A DNA stretch of 63,396 nt, the filler included, from Octopus bimaculoides (taxonomy: Eukaryota), in NCBI RefSeq assembly GCF_001194135.2. It is 4 parts of 4 records of this genome, joined end to end, with 100 filler letters (N's around TTAATTAATTAA, not from the genome) between each part and the next. Parts side by side here need not be neighbours in the genome. Positions count along the whole stretch, not along the records: positions 26,901 to 44,963 come from NC_068986.1; positions 45,064 to 63,396 come from NC_069008.1; 2 more parts are not named here. One strand, 5' to 3'. Under the pieces are notes generated by a model that saw only the letters and a program-made list of their open reading frames with translations, was not told the origin of the DNA and did no database searches. Below are positions 38,099 through 50,005 of this stretch, one piece after another (position 1 is the first letter of the stretch; each line of letters opens with the position of its first letter). The translations under genes were made by a program, and so were the position numbers.

Positions 38099-38581
38099 CA
38101 TACACATATAGAGACGTNNNNNNNNNNNNNNNNNNNNNNNNNNNNNNNNNNNNNNNNNNNNNNNNNNNNNNNNNNNNNNNNNNNNNNNNNNNNNNNNNNN
38201 NNNNNNNNNNNNNNNNNNNNNNNNNNNNNNNNNNNNNNNNNNNNNNNNNNNNNNNNNNNNNNNNNNNNNNNNNNNNNNNNNNNNNNNNNNNNNNNNNNNN
38301 NNNNNNNNNNNNNNNNNNNNNNNNNNNNNNNNNNNNNNNNNNNNNNNNNNNNNNNNNNNNNNNNNNNNNNNNNNNNNNNNNNNNNNNNNNNNNNNNNNNN
38401 NNNNNNNNNNNNNNNNNNNNNNNNNNNNNNNNNNNNNNNNNNNNNNNNNNNNNNNNNNNNNNNNNNNNNNNNNNNNNNNNNNNNNNNNNNNNNNNNNNNN
38501 NNNNNNNNNNNNNNNNNNNNNNNNNNNNNNNNNNNNNNNNNNNNNNNNNNNNNNNNNNNNNNNNNNNNNNNNNNNNNNNNN

Positions 38582-38886
38582 GCAAGTAACTGAGCACTCC
38601 ACAGACACGTGTACCCTTAACGTATTTCTTGGGGATATTCAGCGTGATACAGAGTGTGACAAGGCTGACCCTTTGAATTACAGGCACAACAGAAACAGGA
38701 AGTAAGAGTGAGAGAAAGTTGTGGTGAAAGAGTACAGCAGGGTTCGCCACCATCCCCTGCCGGAGCCTCGTGGAGCTTTAGGTGTTTTCGATCAATAAAC
38801 ACTCACAACGCCCGGTCTGGGAATCGAAACCACGATCCTATGACTGCGAGTCCGCTGCCCTGACCACTGGGCCATTGCGCCTCCAC
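38582..38886 (-). mobile_element. tRNA(Arg-like)-derived SINE, family C
   Basis: Reverse complement of tggaggcgcaatggcccagtggtcagggcagcggactcgcagtcataggatcgtggtttcgattcccagacc...; matches the 53523 copy. Confidence 0.9.
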
Positions 38887-39214
38887 TCTACACACATACA
38901 CACACACTAATTCACACACTCACTCACACACACACATATAACCACACAAGCACACACACACACATATGCATAAATACTTATACATACAAATACACACACA
39001 CACACGCATCTATATATACACACACATACATACATAATAATTCCCTGAATATGTCTGAACGATTTAAAATGGAAGACAAACTTGAACCGCTAAAAGCATA
39101 ATAATGTCCTACAACTTTCACATCTGATACAGAAATGTTGATGCATCATCTTACACTACATTTATTTGAATGTCGAAAACTCATCCCTTAACATACTTCA
39201 GCCTCCAAGCTACA

Positions 39215-39470
39215 CATGTGCTGTCTCGCTTTTCTACCACCACTACTGCAACAGTCTCTGCTCGTCAGAGCTAACAAGTGACGTCCAGCCAAACCTATCA
39301 CACATCTCGTTTCCTTTCTTCACTCACATCGTGCATCACTACACAGGTCTTACAAACAAATCCTTTCACCCCAACATACCATCCCTATGGAATTCCCTCC
39401 CTAGTTTTTTTCCTGTAGACATTGACTACAGATGGTTTAAAAAACACATCCATCATTCTCACCAGCCTTA
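39215..39470 (+). mobile_element. CR1/L2-group LINE ORF2 C-terminal relic
   Basis: AVSLFYHHYCNSLCSSELTS...SFHPNIPSLWNSLPSFFPVDIDYRWFKKHI fits the SLFY.YY.G.CS.EL...SF.PRT..LWNSLP..FP......FK pattern. Confidence 0.75.
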
Positions 39471-40710
39471 ATGGACTTACGAATGTCATAGTCACAGGCT
39501 CTTTTTCTTGGTTAAACTATAACAAAAAAAGAACTTTCGTGACTGAAATTCAAATATTAAGATCTAAACCCACGCAACATTGTGCCGCCCATTGTTGTAA
39601 GTCACTGCCTGTGTACAGTAATATCGATATTATCGGATCAATTTCGCAACAAGGATGATTACATGTGACTAAAAACAAACGTGTTCGGACGAGTAAATAT
39701 AGCAAAGAAAGATTTCACACCAACAATGGGTACTTCTTATGATAAAAGAAACAAATTGAATACAAGCACTGTTCTGAATAAATAATAAAATAAGAAGCCA
39801 CACTCTATAGAAACCCAAGCCATACAATAAATCCACTGTAACGAAAATCTATAATTTTAGTTGATTCTTAAGCATTGACAATACCTTAATAAATAGAAAT
39901 GAATCGTAATAAATTTTATATTATTTTCAACAATAGTCAGTCGACTAGTTGTTTGAATAAAGACCGCAAAAGATCGATTCTAGTCAAGATAGAGACATTG
40001 ATAACAGCACGGAAAGTATAACAATCGCCGGGTAAATAGTCAAGTCCCTTTTGTTTTCAATCTCGTGATCTTAATGAAGTAAATGGCCAAAATATTCGAT
40101 TCCTTTAATACTATGTTGTAGTTTTAAGTAATGTTATGTTTATAGGTGCAAAAAACCTGTTGTGAGTTAGTTCAAAACTTTTTATAAAATTATTTAAAAT
40201 AATTACACCCTTTCTTCAAAGGTGCACACTATTCTGTTATGGTTGCTTTTTCTCATGAAGAGAAAGAAGCAACGAGATCTTTAACACATCAGCAAGGACC
40301 TCGTCTTTATAAATGGATGGCAAAATAAGCAAAATGGAGCCAATCGTTTACCATGCAAAACATGGGGAGACTTGAGTTCTTACAAAAGAACATTTGTCAG
40401 TCATACGGTGCATCCATTTTTTTTTCAAAAAGTACGTCGAACCTCATTAGGAAAAGAGTAAAATACGTTTTTCCTTTTACATTGCATTAAATTCCAAAGC
40501 AATTTATTGCTTTCAAGTTTTTGGCACAAAACCAAATTCCAAGGTATTATATTACAATCGAATCATTTCAAAATAAAATTTGTATTGAAAAACAGATTTT
40601 GACAATTAAATTAGTTTAGAATACATTTTAAACACTTCTAGGCACATAATTACAAAAATACACAATTAAATATTCCAAAGTACATATGCACTTTATTTAA
40701 CCATTCGATA

Positions 40711-40821
40711 TGCTAGAAATAACAGCGAAATTGTCTTTTAGCCTTGCTATGCCTCAGACTATTTTTCTTGGTTTTTTAAACAATAGAAAATGACTTGAAA
40801 ATTTCGCTGCTATTTCTAACA
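40711..40821. mobile_element. Small MITE-like element with 22-bp TIRs
   Basis: tgctagaaataacagcgaaatt ... aatttcgctgctatttctaaca (2 mismatches); a related end occurs at about 60090. Confidence 0.6.
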
Positions 40822-41099
40822 GGTTCAACAAACTTCATATATATATGTGTTCGTGTGCGTGTGTATGTGTGTGTTTGTGTATGTGTGAGTGTTCCATAAA
40901 CATACAGAGTGCGCTGCACGAATTTCATGAGAAAACCAGTGTCTCACTCTTGGCAGCACTAATTTCCATCCACACAACCTTCCGACCATGACCTTGACAT
41001 CGACCTTGACCACCGTCCATGACACCGCCCTGGACCCGACTATGCCCTCACACTGACCCTAACCCTGAACCTAACCCTGACCCTAAAAAAAAGAAGCGA

Positions 41100-41292
41100 C
41101 CCATTAAGTGCACGCTAGAGATCATCTTCTGAGACGAGCCACGTGACACCATGTCTTCTGCAAATATCAGCCGATCGATTCTATTATCACCGATTGTGAT
41201 TCCACTTCCACAACGGCTGGGCATGTCAATCCAGTTCATAAAAGGAGAGGTGACAATGTCGAAGTCCAACACTCACATGGAAAAGTTTCGAC
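41100..41292 (-). mobile_element. RTE LINE reverse transcriptase fragment (inverted segment)
   Basis: The minus strand gives SKLFHVSVGLR, then LSPLL, then MNWID...GITIGDNRIDRLIFAEDMV across frameshifts, corresponding to decayed GLRQG..LSP and FADD motifs. Confidence 0.8.
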
Positions 41293-41397
41293 AAAGCACC
41301 ATTTACCCGAACACAAAAACATCTGGTTATAAATTTTGAGTAAGGACTGAAAGAGTTCGATCTCGGATACAAGCGACTGAAATAGGTTTCTTCTGGG
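41293..41397 (+). mobile_element. RTE LINE post-RT fragment (direct segment)
   Basis: [32 protein letters not shown] matches the RTE pattern SIFVPTLTYGHE.WVMTERVRSRIQAAEMGFL. Confidence 0.8.
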
Positions 41398-41533
41398 ATG
41401 TATGTGTATATGTATACATACATACATACACACATACATATATATATATGTATGTATATATACATACATACATACATATACATACACACATGCATATATA
41501 TATATATGTATGTATATATACATACATACATAT

Positions 41534-41596
<63 letters not shown>

Positions 41597-42984
41597 NNNN
41601 NNNNNNNNNNNNNNNNNNNNNNNNNNNNNNNNNNNNNNNNNNNNNNNNNNNNNNNNNNNNNNNNNNNNNNNNNNNNNNNNNNNNNNNNNNNNNNNNNNNN
41701 NNNNNNNNNNNNNNNNNNNNNNNNNNNNNNNNNNNNNNNNNNNNNNNNNNNNNNNNNNNNNNNNNNNNNNNNNNNNNNNNNNNNNNNNNNNNNNNNNNNN
41801 NNNNNNNNNNNNNNNNNNNNNNNNNNNNNNNNNNNNNNNNNNNNNNNNNNNNNNNNNNNNNNNNNNNNNNNNNNNNNNNNNNNNNNNNNNNNNNNNNNNN
41901 NNNNNNNNNNNNNNNNNNNNNNNNNNNNNNNNNNNNNNNNNNNNNNNNNNNNNNNNNNNNNNNNNNNNNNNNNNNNNNNNNNNNNNNNNNNNNNNNNNNN
42001 NNNNNNNNNNNNNNNNNNNNNNNNNNNNNNNNNNNNNNNNNNNNNNNNNNNNNNNNNNNNNNNNNNNNNNNNNNNNNNNNNNNNNNNNNNNNNNNNNNNN
42101 NNNNNNNNNNNNNNNNNNNNNNNNNNNNNNNNNNNNNNNNNNNNNNNNNNNNNNNNNNNNNNNNNNNNNNNNNNNNNNNNNNNNNNNNNNNNNNNNNNNN
42201 NNNNNNNNNNNNNNNNNNNNNNNNNNNNNNNNNNNNNNNNNNNNNNNNNNNNNNNNNNNNNNNNNNNNNNNNNNNNNNNNNNNNNNNNNNNNNNNNNNNN
42301 NNNNNNNNNNNNNNNNNNNNNNNNNNNNNNNNNNNNNNNNNNNNNNNNNNNNNNNNNNNNNNNNNNNNNNNNNNNNNNNNNNNNNNNNNNNNNNNNNNNN
42401 NNNNNNNNNNNNNNNNNNNNNNNNNNNNNNNNNNNNNNNNNNNNNNNNNNNNNNNTATATATATATATATATATATATTGGCTTGTGTGTGTGTGTTTTG
42501 GAACGCCATCATCGTCAACATCGTTGCAATCGACTCCTCAGCTGACAAAAACGACAGTGTTGAGCAACACCGGAATGTTTGGCAGAAACTTCAGACAAAG
42601 ATCAGTGAGGTTATTCCGCCTGATCATGTGTGACTTCTTTTCTACGAACCAACATAAAGAAAGATTGTTTATTCGTGGGAATTGCATGATATTGACGGTC
42701 AACTAAGAAGGAATGTATTTTCGAAGTCTTTTTATCCTACATTTATTTCACAAGAATGATGAGACGTCAAGAACGGTAAGTGTGCTAGACGTATTTCGTG
42801 ACATTCCTTAGTTATCTCTCTTTGCAATCTGAGTTCTGTTCGTCTCCGACGCTTAAAAATGTAACTCTACTTATGAGGTAACTCAAAAGGTAATTCTATG
42901 TCATGTACTGGCACAAATCAATCAGTTTTATTCTTTGGCACCATTACCTCACTCTTTGTGTCAATAATCCGTTCTACTGTAGAC

Positions 42985-43180
42985 ACAAGGCCTAAATTTT
43001 GTGGAGAGGGGGCCAGTCGATTAGTTCGACCCCAGTACGCAACTGGTACTTATTTTATCGACTCCGAAAGGATAACAGGCAAAGTCGACCTCGGTGGAAT
43101 TTGAACTCAGAACGTAGCGGTAGACGAAATATCGCTAAACATTTCACCCGGCGTGCTAACGATTCGGCCAGTGCACCACC
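42985..43180 (-). mobile_element. SINE family B, near full length
   Basis: gtcgattagttcgaccccagtacgcaactggtac...aaagtcgacctcggtggaatttgaactcagaacgt...cgtgctaacgattcggccag. Confidence 0.9.
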
Positions 43181-44329
43181 TTTGTGTCAATAATACGATA
43201 TAGTGAAATGGATAGGATTAAAGGATTAAGAGGAACAGCAGAAGGATGAAGTAAATGCTCCGTGGAGTGACGTCACTTCATAGATTTCATATCGTACAAA
43301 CAATACCAGGATCAAGTTTGCACCTAAGGCTCCTGGGACGGGGGTGGGTGGGGTCGGTAAATCGTTTCNNNNNNNNNNNNNNNNNNNNNNNNNNNNNNNN
43401 NNNNNNNNNNNNNNNNNNNNNNNNNNNNNNNNNNNNNNNNNNNNNNNNNNNNNNNNNNNNNNNNNNNNNNNNNNNNNNNNNNNNNNNNNNNNNNNNNNNN
43501 NNNNNNNNNNNNNNNNNNNNNNNNNNNNNNNNNNNNNNNNNNNNNNNNNNNNNNNNNNNNNNNNNNNNNNNNNNNNNNNNNNNNNNNNNNNNNNNNNNNN
43601 NNNNNNNNNNNNNNNNNNNNNNNNNNNNNNNNNNNNNNNNNNNNNNNNNNNNNNNNNNNNNNNNNNNNNNNNNNNNNNNNNNNNNNNNNNNNNNNNNNNN
43701 NNNNNNNNNNNNNNNNNNNNNNNNNNNNNNNNNNNNNNNNNNNNNNNNNNNNNNNNNNNNNNNNNNNNNNNNNNNNNNNNNNNNNNNNNNNNNNNNNNNN
43801 NNNNNNNNNNNNNNNNNNNNNNNNNNNNNNNNNNNNNNNNNNNNNNNNNNNNNNNNNNNNNNNNNNNNNNNNNNNNNNNNNNNNNNNNNNNNNNNNNNNN
43901 NNNNNNNNNNNNNNNNNNNNNNNNNNNNNNNNNNNNNNNNNNNNNNNNNNNNNNNNNNNNNNNNNNNNNNNNNNNNNNNNNNNNNNNNNNNNNNNNNNNN
44001 NNNNNNNNNNNNNNNNNNNNNNNNNNNNNNNNNNNNNNNNNNNNNNNNNNNNNNNNNNNNNNNNNNNNNNNNNNNNNNNNNNNNNNNNNNNNNNNNNNNN
44101 NNNNNNNNNNNNNNNNNNNNNNNNNNNNNNNNNNNNNNNNNNNNNNNNNNNNNNNNNNNNNNNNNNNNNNNNNNNNNNNNNNNNNNNNNNNNNNNNNNNN
44201 NNNNNNNNNNNNNNNNNNNNNNNNNNNNNNNNNNNNNNNNNNNNNNNNNNNNNNNNNNNNNNNNNNNNNNNNNNNNNNNNNNNNNNNNNNNNNNNNNNNN
44301 NNNNNNNNNNNNNNNNNNNNNNNNNNNNN

Positions 44330-44385
<56 letters not shown>

Positions 44386-44456
44386 AAAGTGAAAAGGCTA
44401 GAATAGAAGTGAGAGGGTGAGAGAAAGAAAAAGGGAGAGAATGAAGGCAAGAGAGG

Positions 44457-44494
<38 letters not shown>

Positions 44495-45302
44495 CACGGG
44501 TATCTAGAAAATTTTGCTTGTTAATACAAATTCGATGTGTTGCGTTCCATTACTTGATAAATGAAAAACATGTATGGTAAATAAACATATGACTTAACGA
44601 ATACTGACGGTAATACCAGACAGGGAGACAAACACAGAAGGTCCCTAATACTTAAGTATTTAAATCGTATTTTATTTTCGACCCCCGGCAGAATTTGAAC
44701 TGGGACTGTAAAGAGATGTAACTGAATATCACAAGTCATTTTGTCGGAAGCTCTACCGATCGGACTAATTCCCTCCTCTTCTAGGTACATCGAAATATTT
44801 GAAAAATGTTTCACCTCCTTAGCTGAAGTTAATCGTTTGAAACATGATAACCTTGTTAACAGCAACTCATCTCACACATCGAGATATTATATGTACATAT
44901 TATTTATACAGTTATATAAACATACGCATGTATATGAATATATATATATATATATATATATATNNNNNNNNNNNNNNNNNNNNNNNNNNNNNNNNNNNNN
45001 NNNNNNNTTAATTAATTAANNNNNNNNNNNNNNNNNNNNNNNNNNNNNNNNNNNNNNNNNNNNGTGCATGTGCGTGCACGCATGTGTGTAAATGCATAAT
45101 TTGTCTTTGAGATTATTTAAGTCTTCCTTCATTGGATGCAAATCACTCGCTAACAAAATGACAAGGCATTTTTTGTTTGAGTTAAGATAATTCCTGGAAT
45201 TTGTACATATGCAAACATGTTAATGTGTGCATACATGTAGGTACATGCATGAATAAACTTACTCATACAATGAGTGTGCATGTCACTTTAGTGCACGTTT
45301 TT

Positions 45303-45304
45303 TG

Positions 45305-45338
<34 letters not shown>

Positions 45339-45465
45339 TTAACGTCCGTTTTCCATCCAGGCATGGGTTGGATGGTGTGACAGGAGCTGGCCAGCTGAAG
45401 GGCTGTTTAGGCTCCATGTCTGTTTTGGCATGGTTTCTATGGCTGGAGGCTTTTCCTAACATGTT
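45303..45465 (-). mobile_element. RTE-type 3' end / SINE family E with (GAT)n tail
   Basis: (cat)n followed by ttaacgtccgttttcc...catgggttgga...ggcatggtttctatggctgga; resembles an RTE-like 3' UTR ending in a trinucleotide tail. Confidence 0.6.
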
Positions 45466-46954
45466 TCATAACTGTTTGTGTATGTCAAGGTGTGTATGTA
45501 TATGTGCATGTGTGTGTGCGTGCACACGTGTGCACATGCATGCAAGCATGTACATATATAATTCTGTGCATGTATGTTTGCCATATGCAAATGCAATGGT
45601 GTGTGCATGTTCATTCCAGGAAACTCAAATAAAGAGACTTTGGAGTTTAATAAATTTTCTCTGTACCATTGATTGGTCATATTTGGAGGATGTAAATCAG
45701 TTAAATTTGTTCTTTCTTAGAGAAACCCAACATTTCTAGGCTATTATGTAAATCTGATCTTACACAGCTCAATGCACCAATGTACAAATCAAATTTTATA
45801 GCCTGGATATTAGCTGTAAGTTTCTCATTACTTCACTATAGATGTTCTCTCTTCTTCACCAATTTTACACAAGACATTGACATCCATTCAGCAGTTGACC
45901 TCTACAATACTGTACAACTTTTATTCCTTGTCCCATAGAACAATATCAAACCTATTGTGTTTGCACTAGATTGTTGTTTTTACTGGAATGCTCCACATGT
46001 ATTTCTTATTTTTAAAGGTGTGNNNNNNNNNNNNNNNNNNNNNNNNNNNNNNNNNNNNNNNNNNNNNNNNNNNNNNNNNNNNNNNNNNNNNNNNNNNNNN
46101 NNNNNNNNNNNNNNNNNNNNNNNNNNNNNNNNNNNNNNNNNNNNNNNNNNNNNNNNNNNNNNNNNNNNNNNNNNNNNNNNNNNNNNNNNNNNNNNNNNNN
46201 NNNNNNNNNNNNNNNNNNNNNNNNNNNNNNNNNNNNNNNNNNNNNNNNNNNNNNNNNNNNNNNNNNNNNNNNNNNNNNNNNNNNNNNNNNNNNNNNNNNN
46301 NNNNNNNNNNNNNNNNNNNNNNNNNNNNNNNNNNNNNNNNNNNNNNNNNNNNNNNNNNNNNNNNNNNNNNNNNNNNNNNNNNNNNNNNNNNNNNNNNNNN
46401 NNNNNNNNNNNNNNNNNNNNNNNNNNNNNNNNNNNNNNNNNNNNNNNNNNNNNNNNNNNNNNNNNNNNNNNNNNNNNNNNNNNNNNNNNNNNNNNNNNNN
46501 NNNNNNNNNNNNNNNNNNNNNNNNNNNNNNNNNNNNNNNNNNNNNNNNNNNNNNNNNNNNNNNNNNNNNNNNNNNNNNNNNNNNNNNNNNNNNNNNNNNN
46601 NNNNNNNNNNNNNNNNNNNNNNNNNNNNNNNNNNNNNNNNNNNNNNNNNNNNNNNNNNNNNNNNNNNNNNNNNNNNNNNNNNNNNNNNNNNNNNNNNNNN
46701 NNNNNNNNNNNNNNNNNNNNNNNNNNNNNNNNNNNNNNNNNNNNNNNNNNNNNNNNNNNNNNNNNNNNNNNNNNNNNNNNNNNNNNNNNNNNNNNNNNNN
46801 NNNNNNNNNNNNNNNNNNNNNNNNNNNNNNNNNNNNNNNNNNNNNNNNNNNNNNTATATATATATATATATACATATATAAACAAACATACATACATATA
46901 CAAACATATATACATATACATACATACATATATACATACAAACAGACAGACATA

Positions 46955-47113
46955 TTGGTGTGTTTACGTTCCTCTAACTTCCCAGTTCAGTGAAAGAGAC
47001 CAATAGAATAAGCTCCAGGCTTATTCGGGTTTCAATTCATTTGACTAAAATTCTTCAAAGTAGTGCCCCAGCATGGCCACAGTCTAGTGACTGAAACAAG
47101 CAAAAGATAAAAG
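46955..47113 (+). mobile_element. SINE family A, diverged 3' half
   Basis: ggtgtgtttacgttcc...gagaccaatagaataag...cagcatggccacagtctagtgactgaaacaagcaaaagataaaag. Confidence 0.75.
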
Positions 47114-47606
47114 TTACATGTATGTATATATTTATTTATGTATGCATACAGGCAAGTACACATGTATGTATTTTCATTATACATGTACTTTCATTGTATA
47201 TGTAAGTTTATGCATCACGCACACATGCCACATTCCGAAAGCGCGTGTACTTACTTACTTACTTACTTATTTACGTACATACGTATGTAAGTAAGTACAC
47301 ACACCTTCGGAACACGGCACGCATGCACAATGCATAAACTTACATGTATAATGAAAATACACACATATACACCCACCCGCATGCATACATAAATATATAC
47401 ATACATGTACGTACATACATACGTACATACATATGTACATACGTACATACGTACGTATGTATGTGCTTATGTATCTATACAGGTATGTATGTACTTATGT
47501 ATCCATATAGGCATGCTTGTATGTATGTACATAAATTCATTATATATGTAAGTTTATGCATTAATGTAATATATGCATACATGCCATATTTTGAAGGCGT
47601 GTGTGT

Positions 47607-47645
<39 letters not shown>

Positions 47646-47829
47646 NNNNNNNNNNNNNNNNNNNNNNNNNNNNNNNNNNNNNNNNNNNNNNNNNNNNNNN
47701 NNNNNNNNNNNNNNNNNNNNNNNNNNNNNNNNNNNNNNNNNNNNNACACACACACACACACACACACACACAAGCCAATTTATGCCATTTCATATAATAT
47801 TGACACGCTTTCCTGGTTTTCACCCTCAG

Positions 47830-47987
47830 ATGAAGATGAAACTCAAGGAACGGTCTGCTGCGAAATCCTCGGAACCAAATGTAGGAACCGGAAGTTAGTT
47901 TACGTAGAACAGGCGAACATTCAATTGGAACCGTCATCTGATATTCCTTATACCCATGTGTCTGGTGTGAAGTGGCTTGCTATTTAG
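47830..47987 (+). CDS. Candidate exon of an unidentified gene
   Basis: Acceptor ctttcctggttttcaccctcag; open frame DEDETQGTVCCEILGTKCRNRKLVYVEQANIQLEPSSDIPYTHVSGVKWLAI*, with a possible internal donor (gttagt) near 47894. Protein-like composition but no family recognised. Confidence 0.25.
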
Positions 47988-48024
47988 TTGTATATAGATT
48001 TCAATATTTATATATATATATATC

Positions 48025-48074
<50 letters not shown>

Positions 48075-49005
48075 NNNNNNNNNNNNNNNNNNNNNNNNNN
48101 NNNNNNNNNNNNNNNNNNNNNNNNNNNNNNNNNNNNNNNNNNNNNNNNNNNNNNNNNNNNNNNNNNNNNNNNNNNNNNNNNNNNNNNNNNNNNNNNNNNN
48201 NNNNNNNNNNNNNNNNNNNNNNNNNNNNNNNNNNNNNNNNNNNNNNNNNNNNNNNNNNNNNNNNNNNNNNNNNNNNNNNNNNNNNNNNNNNNNNNNNNNN
48301 NNNNNNNNNNNNNNNNNNNNNNNNNNNNNNNNNNNNNNNNNNNNNNNNNNNNNNNNNNNNNNNNNNNNNNNNNNNNNNNNNNNNNNNNNNNNNNNNNNNN
48401 NNNNNNNNNNNNNNNNNNNNNNNNNNNNNNNNNNNNNNNNNNNNNNNNNNNNNNNNNNNNNNNNNNNNNNNNNNNNNNNNNNNNNNNNNNNNNNNNNNNN
48501 NNNNNNNNNNNNNNNNNNNNNNNNNNNNNNNNNNNNNNNNNNNNNNNNNNNNNNNNNNNNNNNNNNNNNNNNNNNNNNNNNNNNNNNNNNNNNNNNNNNN
48601 NNNNNNNNNNNNNNNNNNNNNNNNNNNNNNNNNNNNNNNNNNNNNNNNNNNNNNNNNNNNNNNNNNNNNNNNNNNNNNNNNNNNNNNNNNNNNNNNNNNN
48701 NNNNNNNNNNNNNNNNNNNNNNNNNNNNNNNNNNNNNNNNNNNNNNNNNNNNNNNNNNNNNNNNNNNNNNNNNNNNNNNNNNNNNNNNNNNNNNNNNNNN
48801 NNNNNNNNNNNNNNNNNNNNNNNNNNNNNNNNNNNNNNNNNNNNNNNNNNNNNNNNNNNNNNNNNNNNNNNNNNNNNNNNNNNNNNNNNNNNNNNNNNNN
48901 NNNNNNNNNNNNNNNNNNNNNNNNNNNNNNNNNNNNNNNNNNNNNNNNNNNNNNNNNNNNNNNNNNNNNNNNNNNNNNNNNNNNNNNNNNNNNNNNNNNN
49001 NNNNA

Positions 49006-49642
49006 ATTGTCGTCTAAGTTACGCAAAAATGAAAATAACACTGACATCTCATTTTAACCAAAATCACCAAAATTTACCAAAATTACGTAAAAATATCTTG
49101 AAATACTGAAGAGTAAATTTATTCAATAAAATCACCATTGGCTTCAACCACGGCCTCCATACGACTTCGGAATCTCCTGCAACTCTTCTGGACGGTCTCC
49201 TTGTTTTAGTTGGTGAATGGTATCATAATGCTTGCCTTCAGTTCATCTTTGGTGTTACAAGGAGTTTTGTTGGTCTTTCGCTCAACTGCGCCCCACACAC
49301 AATAATCAAAGGGATTGCAGTCTGGGGAGTTCTTTTCAGGAGGTCTTTTCTTATCAGAATGATCAGAGGGAGTTTTCTGAATTGCTACACTTTCGTAATC
49401 ACCATTAGACTCCTCCAACTCATGACACCCAAACACCCTGAAATGTCCATATTGGAGCTTCCATTTTGAATGCCAAACAGTATAGAATGTTGTTTCCAAA
49501 TTTCTAGCAGAGGGAATTACATCATGGTGCTGTTTTTCTCACTGATCCTACTACACTGTGTAGTCAACAAAATCAAAAATAAACAATGCACACAGGTGAA
49601 ATTAAAAATATAAAATGTTGACAATTTACCCATCGCATCCTG
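49006..49642 (-). mobile_element. Internally deleted Tc1/mariner (maT/DD37D-like) element
   Basis: The minus strand encodes ..NSPDCNPFDYCVWGAVERKTNKTPCNTKDELKASIMIPFTN*NKETVQKSCRRFRSRMEAVVEANGDFIE*. The 5' TIR is TA+CAGGATGCGATGGGTAAATTGTC at 49642; a remnant of the other TIR (aattgtcg) lies at the gap edge at 49006. Confidence 0.85.
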
Positions 49643-50005
49643 TATATAAAAACGTGTGTGAATGAGTGTGTCTACGTGTATGCGTATGAATGTAAATGTA
49701 CGGAGAAACAGTTAAATTTGCTATGCTTGTATGCCTACTCCATAGGTTTATATATTTGATATAACACCGCAATGTTGCAAGGACTGAGATTTCCACTAAC
49801 AGACTACTGATATTAACAAAAGTGCTAAGTCCATTATAGTATGCAAATTAGACACTCCTCGTTCTCTGAGGCTACTGGATGTGTTGTGAATATCAACAAA
49901 CAGGCTGCTTGTTTCTCTGGGGTTGGTGAAATTGATGTAGATACCTCTGATGAGATGTCAATAAGATCCGAAAATTGATTAAGGCTGTTCCTTGTTTTTC
50001 TCAGT

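Noticed and set aside
42480-42706. Open plus-strand frames after the gap (IVAIDSSADKNDSVEQHRNVWQKLQTKISEVIPPDHV)
   Set aside because: Protein-like, but there is no acceptor, start codon or recognisable family, so it cannot be supported.
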